DNA from: Octopus vulgaris
Lineage: Eukaryota
Direction: 5' to 3'
Assembly (NCBI GenBank): GCA_951406725.2
Contig: OX597820.1
Span: 89,962,001 to 90,026,000 of the forward strand
Length of the DNA: 64,000 nucleotides
A program made the position numbers and the translations under genes. Of this stretch, positions 38,475-50,717 are shown one piece after another. How positions within the stretch are numbered: position 1 is the stretch's first letter; each line of letters opens with the position of its first letter. The notes beneath the pieces are model-generated. The model ran no database searches. It saw only the letters and a list, made by a program, of their open reading frames with translations, and was not told the origin of the DNA.

Positions 38475-38851
38475 GGAGGCGCAATGGCCCAATGGTTAGG
38501 ACAGCGGACTCGCGGTCGTAGGATCGCGGTTTCGATTCCCAGACCGGGCGTTGTGAGTGTTTATTGAGCGAAAACACCTAAATCTCCACGAGGCTCCTGC
38601 AGGGGATGGTGGTGATCCCTGCTGTACTCTTTCACCACAACTTACTCTTACTTCCTGTTTCTGTTGTACCTGTATTTCAAAGGACCGGCCTTGTCACTCT
38701 CTGTGTCACGCTGAATATCCCCGAGAACTACGGTAAGGGTACACGTGTCTGTGGAGTGCTCAGCCACTTACACGTTAATTTCACGAGCAGGCTGTTCCGT
38801 TGATCGGATCAACCGGAACCCTCGTCGTCGTATCCGACGGAGTGCTTCCTC
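38475..38851 (+). mobile_element. tRNA-derived SINE family B, tail type 2, with 11-bp TSD
   Basis: Same head as the 17810 copy but a different 3' half. ATTAAGTAAAA at 38462-38472 and 38852-38862. Confidence 0.9.
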
Positions 38852-39121
38852 ATTAAGTAAAATTGAAACAAAGGTTGTGAAGCCGGTAGGCCAAGAGACA
38901 CACACGCACACACACACATACAATTTTATTTAACAATAAGTTTAAGCATTAATTCATATCTATGGACTTTCCATTTTCTTCTTGCTTATCATATTCTACA
39001 ATTTTAATATATCCATTTATATCGATGTGATATTTCTCGTAGATATGTTGTACTAAACCAGTACAACTGGAATGATTTCATCCCTACAATAGGGGTACAT
39101 ATCCTCGCAGTAGAACACACA

Positions 39122-39174
<53 letters not shown>

Positions 39175-39189
39175 TATATATATAGCCAA

Positions 39190-39267
39190 AGTTGCCACGT
39201 AGTAACACTGGGCCCAAAACATGTGTTTGGGAAACAAGATTCTTACCACACACCCACACCTGCGCCT
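39190..39267 (-). mobile_element. SINE C head fragment
   Basis: AGGCGCAGGTGTGGGTGTGTGGTAAG matches the family C 5' end. Confidence 0.7.
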
Positions 39268-39334
39268 ATATTTGTCTATATATACACATATAAAATATAT
39301 ATAATGCATGTATGTATATGTTTATATATACATA

Positions 39335-40510
39335 CATTGGGTCATCAAAAATGAAATATACGATTTCCTTATGCTCCAAGTTTGCCACCAAGCTTGCAAC
39401 TCTAATGCCATATCCTGACAATTCTTCGTTTTACAATATTGAAGAGTTACACCATCATTTTTGGAAATGCAATTCATAGTGTCTGATTACATTGTGTGTT
39501 TCTTCTTGTAAATCAATCTTTGCGAACCACTGGATACATGAAAAATTCTGTTGTTTATGAATATGACATCTGTCGTGGAACCACTGCATCCCAGGGAGCT
39601 TCAAATATCAGGGTGTTTGGTGAAAGTGTGGTAAATGAGTGTATAGTACGTTGATAATTTGAGAAGTTCCGATCTGTGTGACTTTCCTCTTGAAAATCAA
39701 GGTAGATAATGATGAGCTGGAAACTAGTGAAAGCAGATATATCTCAAACTACGCAAGGTTTGATGTTTCGATTCCAACTGTATTGCACCATTTGAAACAA
39801 ATCAGCAAAGTAAAGGAGCTGGAAAACTGGGTACCACACGAACTGAAAGACCATCAAATGACACGTCACCTTGAAACTTGCTGTTCTTTGCTGTCAAGGC
39901 ATAAAAACGAACCATTTGTGCATCATATTGTTACGTGTGATAAAAGATAGATTCTTTTCAACAATAGCAAACGTTCTGCATGGTGGTTGAATAGAGATAA
40001 AGTGCTCAAACACAATGCAAAAATGAATATTCACCCCAAAATTCTGATGATGTCTGTTTCGTAGCCCATTGTTGGTGTCATCCGCTACAGTTTCGTGAGA
40101 CCTAGTAAATCAATTATAGCGGACGTATTCATAAAGCAATTTGATGAAATGATGAGTGATCTTGCAATTAAACAACCGAGATTCAAAGACCGCTACTCAA
40201 GTTACGAGAACTGAACTTGGAGGTACTTTCTCATCCACCATGCTCACCATACCTTTCATCTACTTACTATTACGTTTTCCTGGCATTAGCCAAATTATGG
40301 CAAGAAAAATCTTAAGATGTGAAAACAGCTTTCATGAATTCATCACCTCTTGCTCTCCAGAATCCTTCACTGCTGGCATAAATTAACTACTAATAAAAGG
40401 GAAAAATTGTGATGCTAATATAGGTCCATACTTTGATTAACTGCATTACTTTTTGTTCAAAAAAGGTAAAATAAACTTTCAGTTCAAAATCAGACATTTC
40501 ATTCTTAATG

Positions 40511-40517
<7 letters not shown>
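39335..40517 (+). mobile_element. Degenerate full-length mariner element
   Basis: Imperfect TIRs (GTCAT..AATGAAAT..GATTT) in TA context. Motifs WVPHEL, HIVTCDKR, HPKILMMSV and HPPCSPYL. Confidence 0.9.
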
Positions 40518-40546
<29 letters not shown>

Positions 40547-40599
40547 TTTAAGTATTTATGTATGTAACTTTAGCTGAGTTACAGGTTAAAATAACCATT

Positions 40600-42105
40600 T
40601 AAAGGATAGACTATATATATAAAGAATCAACTTATAAAGAAAACTGAAAATGGAGAAATATTGATGAACAACAATTGTCTTAGATCAATTATTATTTATT
40701 AATTCAATACAAATGAACTGCACCCCATCTAACAGCTGTTTCCGCTTTCAATATCGTATGATATTGCCATTGATGTGCTAGAAATATTTATTATATTTCG
40801 TAATAAAAGTGAACTGAAAGATGGCGTTTCGTCAGAGTGAAGAATAGATAAAAAAGAAAAGCATAGAGACGAAAAAGGAAATGTTGAATATGATTGTAAT
40901 CATACCATTCGGCTTGTGTATCTCTTTGGGACGTTAAGTAAATGACTAAACTTAAAAGGTATTTGGCGGATTAAGCCTTTGTACGGGGCGGGTGTAGGAT
41001 GGGTAAAAAAATTAAAAAGTAATAAATAATAGTGGGATACAGCAACAGGTTTTAGACGGAGGTTTTATATTATATAATAAGATATATAATCTAATATATA
41101 ATATATATTATAATTGATTGTGTGGATGTTGTATTCGAGTGCGAATACGTGTGTGTAAGTGTACATAGGTGTATATGTACGTACATATATATATATATAT
41201 TTATGTGAGTGTGTGCACATAAAAGTAAATGTATGTTCGGATTTTTTTTTTGTATGCGTGCATGAGTAAATTGTAGTAAGAGCTGGCATCTGTAAAAATA
41301 ATTTGCAAATATTTTAATTTTTAATTGTAATCATTAATTTAATTAGGGATATTTAATTTTAGTTAGTTAATTGATCACTAGCCTGACTGCTTTATAAATT
41401 GTTTAGCTAATTAGCTGTCTGATGAGCTAGTTAGCTCACTGATTAGGTGTATTCGATGCTAGTCCAGCAGGCTCTAATTTAGGCCATTTACCCTAGTTAT
41501 TACCCCCCTTTAACCATCAATATTTCCCCAATTTTTCTACGGAATAAATTCCTTTCAATTTTTTTACTAATTTTACATTCCTATTTAAAAATAATTTGGT
41601 GTATTTTACCCCAACCGTTTTATCTCATAATTGTCCGATTTGTTTCTCTCTTAATATTTATTTTTAAATCTAGCATATACTGTCCTAAACATTTGATGGC
41701 CCCTTACAACATACACCAATTTTCCATTCATTTATTTCCTTATATCTTACCACGTATAGCAGTCTCAATAGCTGGTCTTTTGTTTTTAAGTTTCAACTGA
41801 CCAATTATATCGAACGGTGGTCCTTGGCCTATCTTAATTCGGACAACCGGTGGAAGAGCTTAACAACCTACTAGTAAATAAGTAAAAATTCCAATAATCG
41901 ATTAGCCCTTTATTATAAATACTATTAATTAATACTATAAACATAATGATTAAAATTATTATGATCAATTTAAAACCTTATTGTATTTTTCCCCTTCTCC
42001 GACTAAAACCTATTGGCGTATCCCACTATTATTTATTATTCTTTTTGTCAGTTATCCATCCTGTCCCCACCCCCGTACAAAAGGATTAATCCACCAAAAA
42101 CTATT
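40600..42105 (-). mobile_element. Non-coding PLE-like element with an internal inverted duplication
   Basis: Hammerhead at 40723-40842. 40960-41062 is the diverged reverse complement of 41997-42100. Confidence 0.55.
40723..40842 (-). ncRNA. Type I hammerhead motif with ~85-nt stem II
   Basis: CTTCACT-CTGACGA-AACGCCATCTTTCA...TGAAAGCG-GAAACAGCTGTT-AGATGGGG; palindromic ACAGCTGT. Confidence 0.55.
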
Positions 42106-42368
42106 TTAAGTTTAGTTGGTATTTCCCAACGTGTTATACAACAGCATCTTAAATGAGCTGAGACCCTGTACACACTCACACACACACATGTAAATATATA
42201 GATAGATAGAGAAACAGAGATAGATAGATAGATAGATACAGATATATATATACATATGTATACATATAAATATAAAATACACATACACACGTATACATAT
42301 AAATATAAATGCACATACACACGCATATACATGTACATATACTCATGTATGAGCGTGTGAGCATATGC

Positions 42369-42428
<60 letters not shown>

Positions 42429-42550
42429 AAAGGAATTCCAACCTTGTCTGATTTTCACGTTTTATTTACAATCTTATAATGATATATTATAAGATAATAT
42501 AATATAATAGAATGAAATAAAATAGTAGAATGTTAAATGTTCATTCTGAT

Positions 42551-42595
42551 TGAACTATTACTTTCATGCATTAAATTCTGCAATCTTCAGGTTCA
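42551..42595 (-). ncRNA. Minimal type I hammerhead ribozyme
   Basis: TGAAC-CTGAAGA-TTGCA(GAATTTAA)TGCAT-GAAAGTAATA-GTTCA. Confidence 0.8.
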
Positions 42596-43018
42596 TGTAG
42601 TAGTGGTGACAGTCATTCTTCACAATTTTTTACTGTAGCGAAATGATTGAATCTGTGCCTTAAATACAGCTGGGTAGTCTCCAGATTGCTAGATTTTGCA
42701 AACTGTATTCTGACCAATCAGTGTGTAGTATCACTCAATTACTGAAGCTGATTGGTTGGTTGAGCTGATTGGTTTAGGCGTCACGCTTTCTTGAACATGT
42801 CAAGAGTCCTGTATCTTAACCCTGGGCGAGGCAGCAATTGTTGGGCTATTTTTAGAAATGTTGTAAATAGCCTTTGTCAGAGATTTTTATATTTTTATAT
42901 TTCAATTGTCATCATCATCATTGTCAGCACCTTAATTATTGTTGCTAGTGGTGATGGTGGTGGCAATAGAACTTTTAACTCTAAATAAGATAATTTTCCT
43001 GCTATCTAGGTATTATTA

Positions 43019-43960
43019 TTATTGCTTATTTAGCTTGGGTTCGAATTTATCAATAAAATTCTTTTCTCTGATTTTCCTCTCGATTTTACTTGGGCTGTGT
43101 AATTTGTAGAATGGAAATATTATACATATTTTCAAACCACATGTTGCTAGGTGGTTACTCAAAGGTATCTGACGGACCTCTGGGTCTCTAATCTGTTGTC
43201 GGTGTACACGTGAGCGTTCTGATAGTGCATTTCCCGTCTGACCTACATATATTTCTTCACAATTTGGGCATTTGATGCAGTAAATTAAATTTCTACTTTT
43301 GCAGTTCATATTCGCGTTTGTGAATATTTTCCCGGTTTTTGTATTTATATATTGGCCGGTATGTATGACTTGGCATGTGCCACACCGGCTATCATTGCAT
43401 TTAGATACAGTGAATGTTTGGTCTTTGTTGCTAAGGTCAAATTTCGCCTTTGTTAGTAATTTTTTCAAGTTTTTAGGCTGTCTTTTACTAAGAACTATAG
43501 CTCGATCCGTGATTATGTCTTTTAATTCATTACTTTGGGCAATGATTGTTAGGTTTGCTTTGGCAATTTTGAAGATATTCTGGTGACATGGGTTGTGTGT
43601 CACTATGAATGGTAGGACTTGTTCTTGTTTTCCTCTTTCTTGGGTTGCCCTAAGTTGTTGTATGGGTATTTTTATAACCTGCTGTATGTCATTTTCTATA
43701 AGTAGAGATGGGTATTTTTGTTTGAGCAAAAATTCTCTTAGTTCTGTTAGGCGTTTGTTCCTGATATTTGCATCTTCTATCATGGTACAAATTCTTCTGG
43801 CTAGGCAGTATGGGATGTTGTGTTTTGTATGTGGTAGATGGCACGACTTAAAATTTAGGTACTGATGTGTGTCTGTGTGTTTATAGTATATATCTGTGGT
43901 GATGGTGGTGTCTTTTTTAATTACCATTATATCTAGGAATGGTAATTTGGTACTACTCAT
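43019..43960 (-). CDS. PLE RT thumb plus GIY-YIG endonuclease (open 313-aa remnant)
   Basis: ORF track protein with the motifs above. The upstream RT part is frameshifted near 44100. Confidence 0.85.
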   Translation of the reverse strand: MSSTKLPFLDIMVIKKDTTITTDIYYKHTDTHQYLNFKSCHLPHTKHNIPYCLARRICTMIEDANIRNKRLTELREFLLKQKYPSLLIENDIQQVIKIPIQQLRATQERGKQEQVLPFIVTHNPCHQNIFKIAKANLTIIAQSNELKDIITDRAIVLSKRQPKNLKKLLTKAKFDLSNKDQTFTVSKCNDSRCGTCQVIHTGQYINTKTGKIFTNANMNCKSRNLIYCIKCPNCEEIYVGQTGNALSERSRVHRQQIRDPEVRQIPLSNHLATCGLKICIIFPFYKLHSPSKIERKIREKNFIDKFEPKLNKQ

Positions 43961-44339
43961 CTCCTTTGTAAATTGGAGAGATGGGTGTAGGTTGTTCAGG
44001 AGGATATTGAACTCTTCCAGAGTATTTAGAGATTCTGTCCAGATTATGAAGCAGTCGTCAAGGTATCTCTTCCATGCCTTTTCAATATACTTTCTAAATC
44101 CAGTGCTTGGTAGAGTTGTTCTAAGTATTCCATTACAGAGTTGGCGTAAACGGGAGCAAACCTTGTTCTCATCGCCGTGCCTCTAATTTGGATGTAATTC
44201 TTTCCATGGAAGAGGAATGTGTTGTTTTCTAGAATAAGTTTGACTGTGTCTAATATAAATGGCATTGTGAATCTGCTGGGGATCATTTCTCTATGTTTTT
44301 CTACCCAGTATTTAATCGCCTTTATTCCTAAATCATTCC

Positions 44340-44632
44340 TAAAACCTTTATTCCTAAAATTTATTTTTCAATTTCAACAAGGAATTGAAAAATATTATAC
44401 ATAATACCAAAAACAAGACAGAAAACATAACGAAACCTAGTAAAATACCACAACCAAAACGCAAAATTTATCAAGCAAACATCAACAGGAATATAAATCA
44501 TAATCAGAAGAAAATCCATTTTTTTACGTCAGGACAACAAACACCGGAGAAAGAAAAAATCCAAGAGGAAACATACCCAAAACAACTGAACGTATAGACC
44601 CTAAAATAATTAATTTATCAAAAAGAGATCTT
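44340..44632 (+). mobile_element. Inverted N-terminal PLE segment joined to the Neptune copy
   Basis: A-rich coding-like sequence ending DPKIINLSKRDL (PLE V/IxNLS motif). TTTATTCCTAAA is repeated at the junction. Confidence 0.55.
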
Positions 44633-46560
44633 ATGAAGATATTTTCTTCATTTTTAGGTCAACGTATTCAGACAGGAATTTGGCATGCTGCAACGTAGGT
44701 TGCTCATTCATTTAGGTTCATTGTATTTCGTTCTGTACTTTCTAAGTTGCATTGTTGGGGCGAGACAGTTGCTCAGTCGTCATATAATGGATTATAGACA
44801 CATCTGAAAAACGACCGAACTAATACTCTGCAAGCTGGTGTGCATGGTCACGCCATTTCAGAATACATGGAACTAATATATAAAGAAAAGAAATGGTTTT
44901 ACTTTGATAGCATCAATATCATCTGTGTCGACCAATAGAGGTCTAAATGCCTACAAGCCACCTAGATTTTATGTCGAACCTTCCATTTTGCTCCAAATGT
45001 CTGAGGGACTGCATGTGTCACACGTTGCGAGAAGTCTTTAAGTAAATCGGAGGTGAGTCGAACTTATTAAAAGCATATGTAACTCTTCTGTTAAGTGAAA
45101 CTATCTTTCGTATCATCACTCAAACTATATGTACTCACACGCACAGACACACATACACACACATTATATATATATCTATCTATATATATATATATATATG
45201 ACGCACACACATATAACGCAACTGTGCATCTCATTTGATCATTGAGTTAATTACCTGCTGATTACACTAATCAAATCATGTGGCTTAAAATGAATCAAGA
45301 CAACATTTAAATTTCGTTTATAGAAACATGCTCAAGTTTCCAGTAGAGTATTAAATGATACTAATATATTCTAGTCACTAACTTTTCAGGATGTAAGTTA
45401 ACATTTATCATCTCTATTACAATAAAATTTACATTTTGCTAAGGAGGTGTAATAAGCGTGGAAGATGTCCGGATTTGTAGCTATACTATCTAGATGTGTG
45501 TTAATCCCCACTGCTTTGTTGCATGTTATTTTTAATTAATATTAATTAATTAGAATTCAGTGATACTGTCTCTTCTGGTTTACTTGACCATGTTTATGTA
45601 TTAATTAAGCTAATGACTCTGTGCACCACGGGTGTGATTTTAATTAATGAGAATTATTCGGCTCACTTCATTGTGCTATATAACGTAATCATATATACAA
45701 AAACTCTTTATATAGTATGAGATATTAATTAAGAACTTAATATTACTTAGTATATTATAAAAACAGCATTCTCAACGTTATTGGATTTTAGCCCAGAGTA
45801 AGTTTTGACCCGGCAGAAATAAGATCGAAATATTCCAGTAGTGACCAACACATCTTTCTATAACGATATCATCCAACAATAAATTTTGTTTTTATTTTAT
45901 GGTGCTAGTATATGATTAGACGACGATTTAATTATTATTTCTAGTTAGTCAAGTAATTTTCATGAAATTCATTTAATGGTTTGTTAATTACGAACATGAT
46001 ATACAACAATACCTCTATTTTGCTCTTAATATGTCCGGTGATACAGGAAGTGTAGCACGAGTTATTTTACAACTATCGTTAGGCAATAGTTACAATAGCA
46101 CAATGTTATTGTTACAGATTATATCTGTAATTACATCTTTTATATTAACACGCAACACTGATTACCTGCTAATGAATAAAGCTGTTTACTTGGGATGGAG
46201 AGACAAATGAATTTGTAAGAATTGAACATCGAAGGAAGGTTGAGTCTAGTATTCTACAATTCCTCTTAATTTACAGATGTTTTAAAGATATCTTCTATAT
46301 TCCCATCATCAAAATATTACGATATTCTTTTCATTATGTAGTTGTATTAAAACATCAAAATACCACAATATTATACTTTTAACTTTCCGGTAGTTTCAGC
46401 AACTGGACAAGCAGTCAGCCTAGGGCTTTACTTTGAAAGCGTTTAGATTATCATAGCGACACTAGGTAACAGACACGTAGCAATTTTATTAATCTACATT
46501 TATCGATAGCTATCTTACAATTTTTACCACATATTTCTGTCATATGTGTATATACATATG

Positions 46561-46595
<35 letters not shown>

Positions 46596-46608
46596 CATTG
46601 TGCATGTG

Positions 46609-46640
<32 letters not shown>

Positions 46641-46656
46641 ATATATATATATATAT

Positions 46657-46850
46657 TCTTTTACTTGTTTTAGTCATGTGACTGTGGCCATACTGGAGCA
46701 CCGCCTTTAGTCGAGCAAATCGACCACAAGAATTATTCTTTGTAAGCCTAGTACTTATTCTGTCGGTCTGTTTTGCGGGGACGTAAACACACCAGAATCT
46801 GTTGTCAAGCGATGTTGGGGGGACAAACACAGAAGAACAAACATATACAC
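46657..46850 (-). mobile_element. SINE C 3' half
   Basis: Matches 22795-22980. Confidence 0.85.
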
Positions 46851-46881
46851 ACACATACATATATTCATACATAAATATGAT

Positions 46882-47238
46882 GGATTAAGTTGATTATATT
46901 GACCTCAGTGCTTAACTGGTACTTATTTAATTGACCCCGAAAGGATGAAAGGCAAAGTCGGCCTCGGCGGAATTTGAACTCAGAACGTAGCGGCAGACGA
47001 AATACCTATTTCTTTACTACCCACAAAGGGGCTAAACACAGAGAGGACAAACAAGGACAGACAAACGGATTAAGTCGAGTATATCGACCCCAGTGCGTAA
47101 CTGGTACTTAATTTATCGACCCCGAAAGGATGAAAGGCAAAGTCACCCTCGGCTGAATTTGAACTCAGAACGTAACGACAGGCAGAATACCGCTAAGCGT
47201 TTCACCCAATGTGCTAACAATTCTGCCAGCTTGCCACC
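46882..47238 (-). mobile_element. Nested or compound SINE A (core duplicated around the tail)
   Basis: Head-core-tail is followed by a second core that restarts at the internal GGTATTTCG site (47006). Confidence 0.88.
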
Positions 47239-47404
47239 TTTGAATTACGAATAACCTTCAGACTAAAAATGTCCGACTGCTTTGGTATTACCATCGCAAC
47301 AAGTTGTTTAAATATTGCAGTCTATTTACATATGCGAGAAATAAATGCCCTTCCACCCGACGGGACTATGGTAATGAGGTTTATTTCTGTGTGTTTATAG
47401 TTTA

Positions 47405-47790
47405 CTAGCAGTATCGCCCGGCGTTGCTCAGGTTTGTAAGGAAAATAACTATAAAGCATTTTTAGAGAGTTATAGCCAAAAAATAGCAAAAAAATGGAAA
47501 AAAAAAATGATGGTAAATGTTTTTGGAGAGTTAAAAAAGGTGGAGTTGCGTCCCCTAGACGGTCTGTGGTTTGGGTTTCTGATTCTCGACCCCATGTCGA
47601 ATTTATCGATTTTTTTCAGAACTGGGGGAACTTTTCAAAATTTTCGCTGCGTTAGTTTTGAATTATGACATTGGGCTATGTGTGTGTCAAGTTTCATCAG
47701 AATCGGTTGAAAGCCGTGGTCAGGGTGAGGGTACGAGAAAACAGACACACAGAAAACGCACAGACAAACTGCCGTTTATATAGAGAGAGA
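47405..47790 (-). mobile_element. Non-autonomous Helitron
   Basis: Minus strand starts TC and ends CTAG after a subterminal GC hairpin (CCTGAGCAACGCCGGG). Inserted between A and T with no TSD. Confidence 0.8.
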
Positions 47791-48399
47791 TGAAAATTGA
47801 GAACATTAGTTACGAGAACATTCAACAGATATTGCATTACTTATATTTAATGTGAGAAATCGTTACGTAATCTTTAAAAATAACGCTTAAATATTTCTGT
47901 ATTGATTCAGATAATACAGAAATGCGTTCTTTTCCCTGCAACTCAAAGAATTTTACGACCTGAAGCAACAATATGTATCTAACACATACATATTTTCACA
48001 GGTTAAATATGTATCAAAATATATCAAGCTCGCTATTCCTTCTGATAATTGGTGAACAAAATAAGATCACTAAGTAGGCTGCTGGATTTACGACGTTTAC
48101 TTTGATAAATATTCTCGTGTATATATATATATATTTGTGTGTGTGTGTGTGTGAGCATCGTTATACGCAGTTGAGGTATTGTATAGGATAGCCTTCTATG
48201 TAGCCTAATTAATATATCTATTATGTTCATAGGTCAATTACTGTAGTATTTGTCTTAAGATAACCTCTCTCTTAATTAGCCGCAAGCTAATAGAAATTTA
48301 GGCTATGCAAGAACAGCACTAAATAAATCAACAACATTACTGCGAACTGTGAGAGAATGTCTTTCCATCAGGAACAGGATGGCAACAATATAAACACCT

Positions 48400-48770
48400 T
48401 TAAAGGAAGCTGACAACATTGAAGCTGATGGTTAAAAAAGCAAGTAGCCTAATATTGTTGCACAAGACCACAAACTTCTGTTGTGGAATCCATCTGCCCT
48501 CTGGAAGAAATGTGGCTTCAAAAATACAAGAGAAAATAAACATGTATGGATCATTAAAAAGGAGTTTGCATAACCAATACCCAATATACAGTTTCGGTTT
48601 CATATCCTTTATGATTGGACCAATAGGATATAGAGTAACACGTCTGTTGCAAACTATGGTTGAACGTGGATACTTGGGGAGAGAACATAAATCGTTCATT
48701 CATCCATAGGAAATGATTAGGCTATTTGGGACTACGAAAACCTGCAAAACTTTTTTTAAGATTTAAAGGA
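48400..48770 (+). mobile_element. 3' fragment of an RLE-type non-LTR retrotransposon
   Basis: VESICP..NVASKIQEKINMYGSL..YPIYSF.FI..MIGPIG...GTTKTCKTF. Confidence 0.65.
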
Positions 48771-48859
48771 TGGTAAACAATACAAAATGTTTTCTCTTAC
48801 AATCTTGCAACCAAGTAGGTAGCCGGTCAAAATTAACATAAAGTAACAAAAGAAAGGGA

Positions 48860-48919
48860 AAACACTCACACACACATACGTACATACACTCACACACGCG
48901 CGCACACACTCACAAACGT

Positions 48920-48960
<41 letters not shown>

Positions 48961-49139
48961 CACATATATATATATACATATATAATTATATATATACACA
49001 TATATATATATACACACACATATATATATACACACACGTATATATATATACACACATATATATATATACACACATATATATATATACACACACATATATA
49101 TATATGCACACACACATATATATATATATATATACACAC

Positions 49140-49170
<31 letters not shown>

Positions 49171-49207
49171 TGTATATATACACACACACACATATATATA
49201 TATATAT
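48860..49207. repeat. (TA)n/(CA)n compound microsatellite
   Basis: Direct reading. Confidence 0.97.
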
Positions 49208-49618
49208 TCTTTTATCCTTTTACTTGTTTCAGTCATTTGACAGTGGCAATGTTGGAGATCCACCTTTAGTCGAACAGATCGACCCCGGGTCCTGTTTCTG
49301 TAAGCCTAGTACTTATTCCTTGGTCTCTTTTGCTCGACCACAAAGTTGCGGAGACGTAAACACAACAACATCAGTTGTCAAGCGATGGTGGGGTGGGGGG
49401 TACAAAGACATATGTACAAGTACATAAAACGTCATATATATATATATATATATAAACCGGGCTTCTTTCAGTTTCCGTCTATCCAAATCCACTCACAAAA
49501 CTTTGGTCGGCCCGAGGCTATAGAAGAAGACACTAGCTTTAGGTGCCAGGCAGTGGGACTGAACCGGAACCATGTGGTTGGCAATCAAGCCTCTTATTAG
49601 GTAGACACTTCTGCGCCT
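49208..49618 (-). mobile_element. SINE family C
   Basis: Full-length homolog of 22795-23186. Confidence 0.88.
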
Positions 49619-50717
49619 ACATATATACATATACACGCATATGCACACACATACCCACACACACATATATATATATATATACTTACTCATATACATATAT
49701 ATGTACTTGAGTATGTGTATTTGTATGTGTATGGATGTGTAAGTGTATTTGTGTGTGTGTGTGTGTGTGTACGTGTGTATTGGAAATATAATTTCGGTAC
49801 TTTTATTGAAAAGTACTCCATGAAACGGTTTCTTCAGAGCTATGACTATTGTCTGAAGAGCAAATGAAGCGAATAGAAAATATATGGTCTATTGCACACA
49901 AAATACACATTTTAAATACCTTATTAGTTCATGTCCTATGTATATTTTCGCTGAATATAATCAGCCGGAGTTAAAGAAGTTTATGCTAGCTTGTCTGCCT
50001 TATATGCCAGGAGCTATCTATAATCGTTGTGGAACCTTTGACCGAACAGAAAGCGAAGACGAATCATCCGCTGAATGGAGTCGGTGTGAAAAGAATTTCT
50101 CTTAAAAGAGACATGTTTATCATGGCTTACACAGCGAGATAATCTCACAAAGCCACAAACTCCATCTCTGTCTGTCTATCTGCCTGTAACGTCTGTATAC
50201 CTCTCATTCTCTCTCTTTGGTTCACGTATTGGTATCTGTTCCATAATTTTCTGTTTATTGGTGTGAACAAAGTTTTGTATGAACAAGGTTACTTAACGGT
50301 TTGATAAATATGGATCAACATCCTAAGCCAGGGGTCGACATGATCGGTTAAACCACTAACGTTGGGTGCCCAATCATAGCGGCATTCGTAGTGACAACAC
50401 TCGTGAAAGGAATATAAAAAAATACGGCACAAATGTTGAAAGTATATGTTGAGACAATAAACGTTGTGATGATAATAATTTACATGCTATTATTTAAAGC
50501 ATTTGTTATGATATGGGTATACACGTCTGATGAAAAATGGTATTACACAAATAAATTGTTGGCTGTGGTGTTCTAAAATAACCTAAAACATAAATGTTAA
50601 CACAGAACTCACTCCGAACATAGATAAAATATTCAGCATTCACTGTTCAACTACCGACATCTAAAACGACGAATTAACACAGTAAACTAACCGGGTCGAA
50701 CTAACACCGTCAATTAC

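Larger units (their letters stand above)
42430..44335 (-). mobile_element. Penelope-like element (Neptune-type), 5'-truncated
   Basis: RT: QIRGTAM..RFAPVYAN, WKRYLDDCF, LPFLDI, YYKHTDTHQYL. Linker CNDSRCGTC. GIY-YIG: NLIYCIKCPNCEEIYVGQT...LN. Hammerhead in the 3' terminus and (TA)n flank. Confidence 0.93.

Noticed and set aside
38475-38550. tRNA-like sequence (also at 18040-18113)
   Set aside because: It is a SINE head that continues into repeat body with a TSD, not a tRNA gene.
41419-41440. CTGATGA followed by a hairpin
   Set aside because: No GAAA or stem III follows, so it is not a hammerhead.
49853-49885. CTGAAGA-GC...GC-GAAT
   Set aside because: GAAT instead of GAAA, only a 2-bp stem II and no stem I or III pairing.
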